A DNA stretch of 64,000 nucleotides. It comes from Octopus bimaculoides (Eukaryota). How positions within the stretch are numbered: the stretch's first letter is position 1; each line of letters opens with the position of its first letter. The translations under genes were made by a program, and so were the position numbers. The notes below the pieces were generated by a model. The model ran no database searches. It saw only the letters and a list, made by a program, of their open reading frames with translations, and was not told where the DNA came from. Shown piece after piece: positions 61,736-64,000 of the stretch. Where the stretch lies: NCBI RefSeq assembly GCF_001194135.2, contig NC_068986.1:91451360-91515359 (forward strand), read 5' to 3'.

Positions 61736-64000
61736 AATTCCCTTCTAGTAATTAATAATTTTGTAGCAGATAGCTTTCTTGGGTTTGAACACACATGCTT
61801 GCACACACACGCCTCCATTAGTGGTTCTCTGTCAGTTCTGATGAGGAATATTAAATTGTTTAATGAACTGAATTACCTGCTCATTGAATTAATGGTTTTG
61901 CGATTGAATATTCCACATGCACAGGAACCCTTAATGAAATTCTCGAGCAGAATTAGTATGACACAGCGTGATGAAGTTGTTATTTTAAATTACAAGTGGA
62001 ATTCATCTGATAGGCTTCTGCACCGAATTTTACTCACAAGATATGGATCAACCTAAGGCTAAAGAAAAAGTGGGGGAAAAAATTTACCCAGATGACATAC
62101 AATGAGATTGAACCGAAGACCTCATGGCTGCGAAGCAAAGTTCTCAATCATTTACACAGATGTGAATGCACATACGTACACACACACATGCATGCATGCA
62201 TGCATGCATGTATATGTACGTATGTGTATGTATGTTATCATTTTCCAGTTTTATTTCAAGATTTCTTATCAATAGAGAAAGAGGTGGTTTCTAACCTAGA
62301 TCCAAGGCTCCTTCATAGAAATTTCAACATCAACAGGGTATTTGTGTATGCATGTGTGCAGTATTTGTAATCAGTGCATGTTCATACGAGTAGGTTTTCT
62401 TTTATGTATGTATTCTCATGCATATAGTTGCATGTCTAGACATGCACATATATACTTAAATGGTAGACTTCTGGAAAGTTTTACAAATTTTTACAGTTTC
62501 AGTGATGGCTTGGATTTGTAATCTTTTCTTTGGATCAGCTTTTCCCTTTCTGGTTTTGAGAAACCTGATTTCTCAAGATTGGTATTTGGGTAGAGTGTTA
62601 CATATCCTAGTGCCCCATTAATTACAAGTATAAACCTGAACTTGAATTCAGATAATGTATGTATGTATGTATGTATATTTGCGAGTGTATAATAATAATG
62701 AACTTAATGTATATAGAGCTCAGGTGTACTTTACAAATTATAATTGAACCTTGGGTCTTATGAAAAACTTTCTCTGTCATTTGTAGGTCTCTTGAAGATT
62801 ATATATTCCAATTCTTGATGACGAAAATGTTGCTTATATATAAATTATACGCGCACATATCTATGTGAAAAGGTTATTTTAAATTAAAATCACAATTTAA
62901 AGTAAATCGCACTTTTGTATCAGTAATGGTGTTCCATAGTTACAATTATGCTGTCTTGTCAGAAGATTCGGCTTAACGCAGACTGCTCCGATTTTAGTGT
63001 TCGTGCGACGCTTTAGACCGCATCACACATATGGGTGTTTACATAGCAAGCGAAAAGGATTTTTTTTCTTATATATCCTGACAGATAAAGATTTTACCAA
63101 TAATCAAGTTCCGACGTTAATATTAGAGTTTTATAACTTTAGGAAAGCGTCTGAAAATTGCAATTTGTTTTCGAGAAAAATTTATATCAAAGAAATTGTT
63201 TTCTTTTAACCTTCTGCTAGTAATCAGTTTCACGCGTAGTAATATAGAGGTCTGTAAATAGTTCGCAGTCTGATTTTTCCCGCATTTCTTCAAATATGTT
63301 TAGGTTGACATATCTTCGTTAATTACGGAAATATTCATTGGTAGAGGCTTCTTAACAAACAGGTTAGTCTCTGATGTTTTATACTGTAATTAAATTTATA
63401 ACTATTACAGAAAAGACTTTAGGAGAATGTAAGCTCTTTGCTTATTTTACTGTGTTTTAAAACTTTTATCGTGTTGTGTTGATGTTTTGTCCCAGGTTAA
63501 CCCTGTACCAACGTTTCCATTGTGACCGTTTCTTCTTAATTACATATATTATTTAGAATTACACTGGTCTACGTTCGCTTCCTTCATTAAAAAAATACAA
63601 CAAACACTGATGGAAAAAACAACTACAGATATTGAGGGAAATTTAGTTGCTGTTTCGTACGCTTTGAACGAATGAAATTGATATTGTAATGATTCTCTTG
63701 TTATGTGTAAATGTATATAATATGCGTTATTGTTTAACTTCAAGCCAGCCGTTATCATCTCATTCCACTCAAAATACAGTAAAACTATGCAAATAATCTA
63801 AAACGTGTTTCCTTTTTTTAAAAGACGGTGGGTAACGGGTTTTATGAGGTGATTTGGCTGCTATTTCTAGCATTTCAAATGTGCTTTGATTTATAGTCAG
63901 ATAAATTTGACAAACTTATCACTCTTTGTGTAGTGAGGAACGTTACTGCTGGTTTGAGTTGATTCTTTGGCTACTGAGTAGCCGGAGCTATCTGTCTGTC

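Noticed and set aside
63969-63983. ggctac-tga-gtagcc hairpin as a Helitron 3' end
   Set aside because: It is not followed by CTRR and no matching 5' end is visible before the window edge.

Overview
AT-rich, repeat-dense eukaryotic DNA with 8 N-gaps. The repeat families and microsatellite load suggest an octopus/coleoid cephalopod; this is an inference, not a database result. The only host coding sequence I can support is the first coding exon of a two-pore-domain K+ channel (TWIK/KCNK1-like) on the minus strand, 15755-15578. Its first intron runs off the left edge and no later exon was found. The rest is mostly mobile DNA: several tRNA-head SINE families (working labels A, B, C, V-like), RTE-type retroposons and LINE relics, and a Penelope-like (PLE) ORF relic. 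There are also mariner, Tigger/pogo and hAT transposase relics, hAT, piggyBac-like and Kolobok-like MITEs, and a Helitron-like insert inside a 27-bp minisatellite. The most striking object is family E: tRNA-like Pol III head + (AAT)n + a PLE-type minimal hammerhead ribozyme motif. It occurs twice as a head-to-head foldback (13193-13690; 60859-61435, the latter with a 13-bp TSD) and once as a solo arm (46036-46298). One foldback sits 53 bp from the PLE ORF relic. The window also shows CpG-rich and CpG-poor domains consistent with mosaic gene-body methylation. Repeat boundaries are approximate unless a TSD or TIR is quoted.
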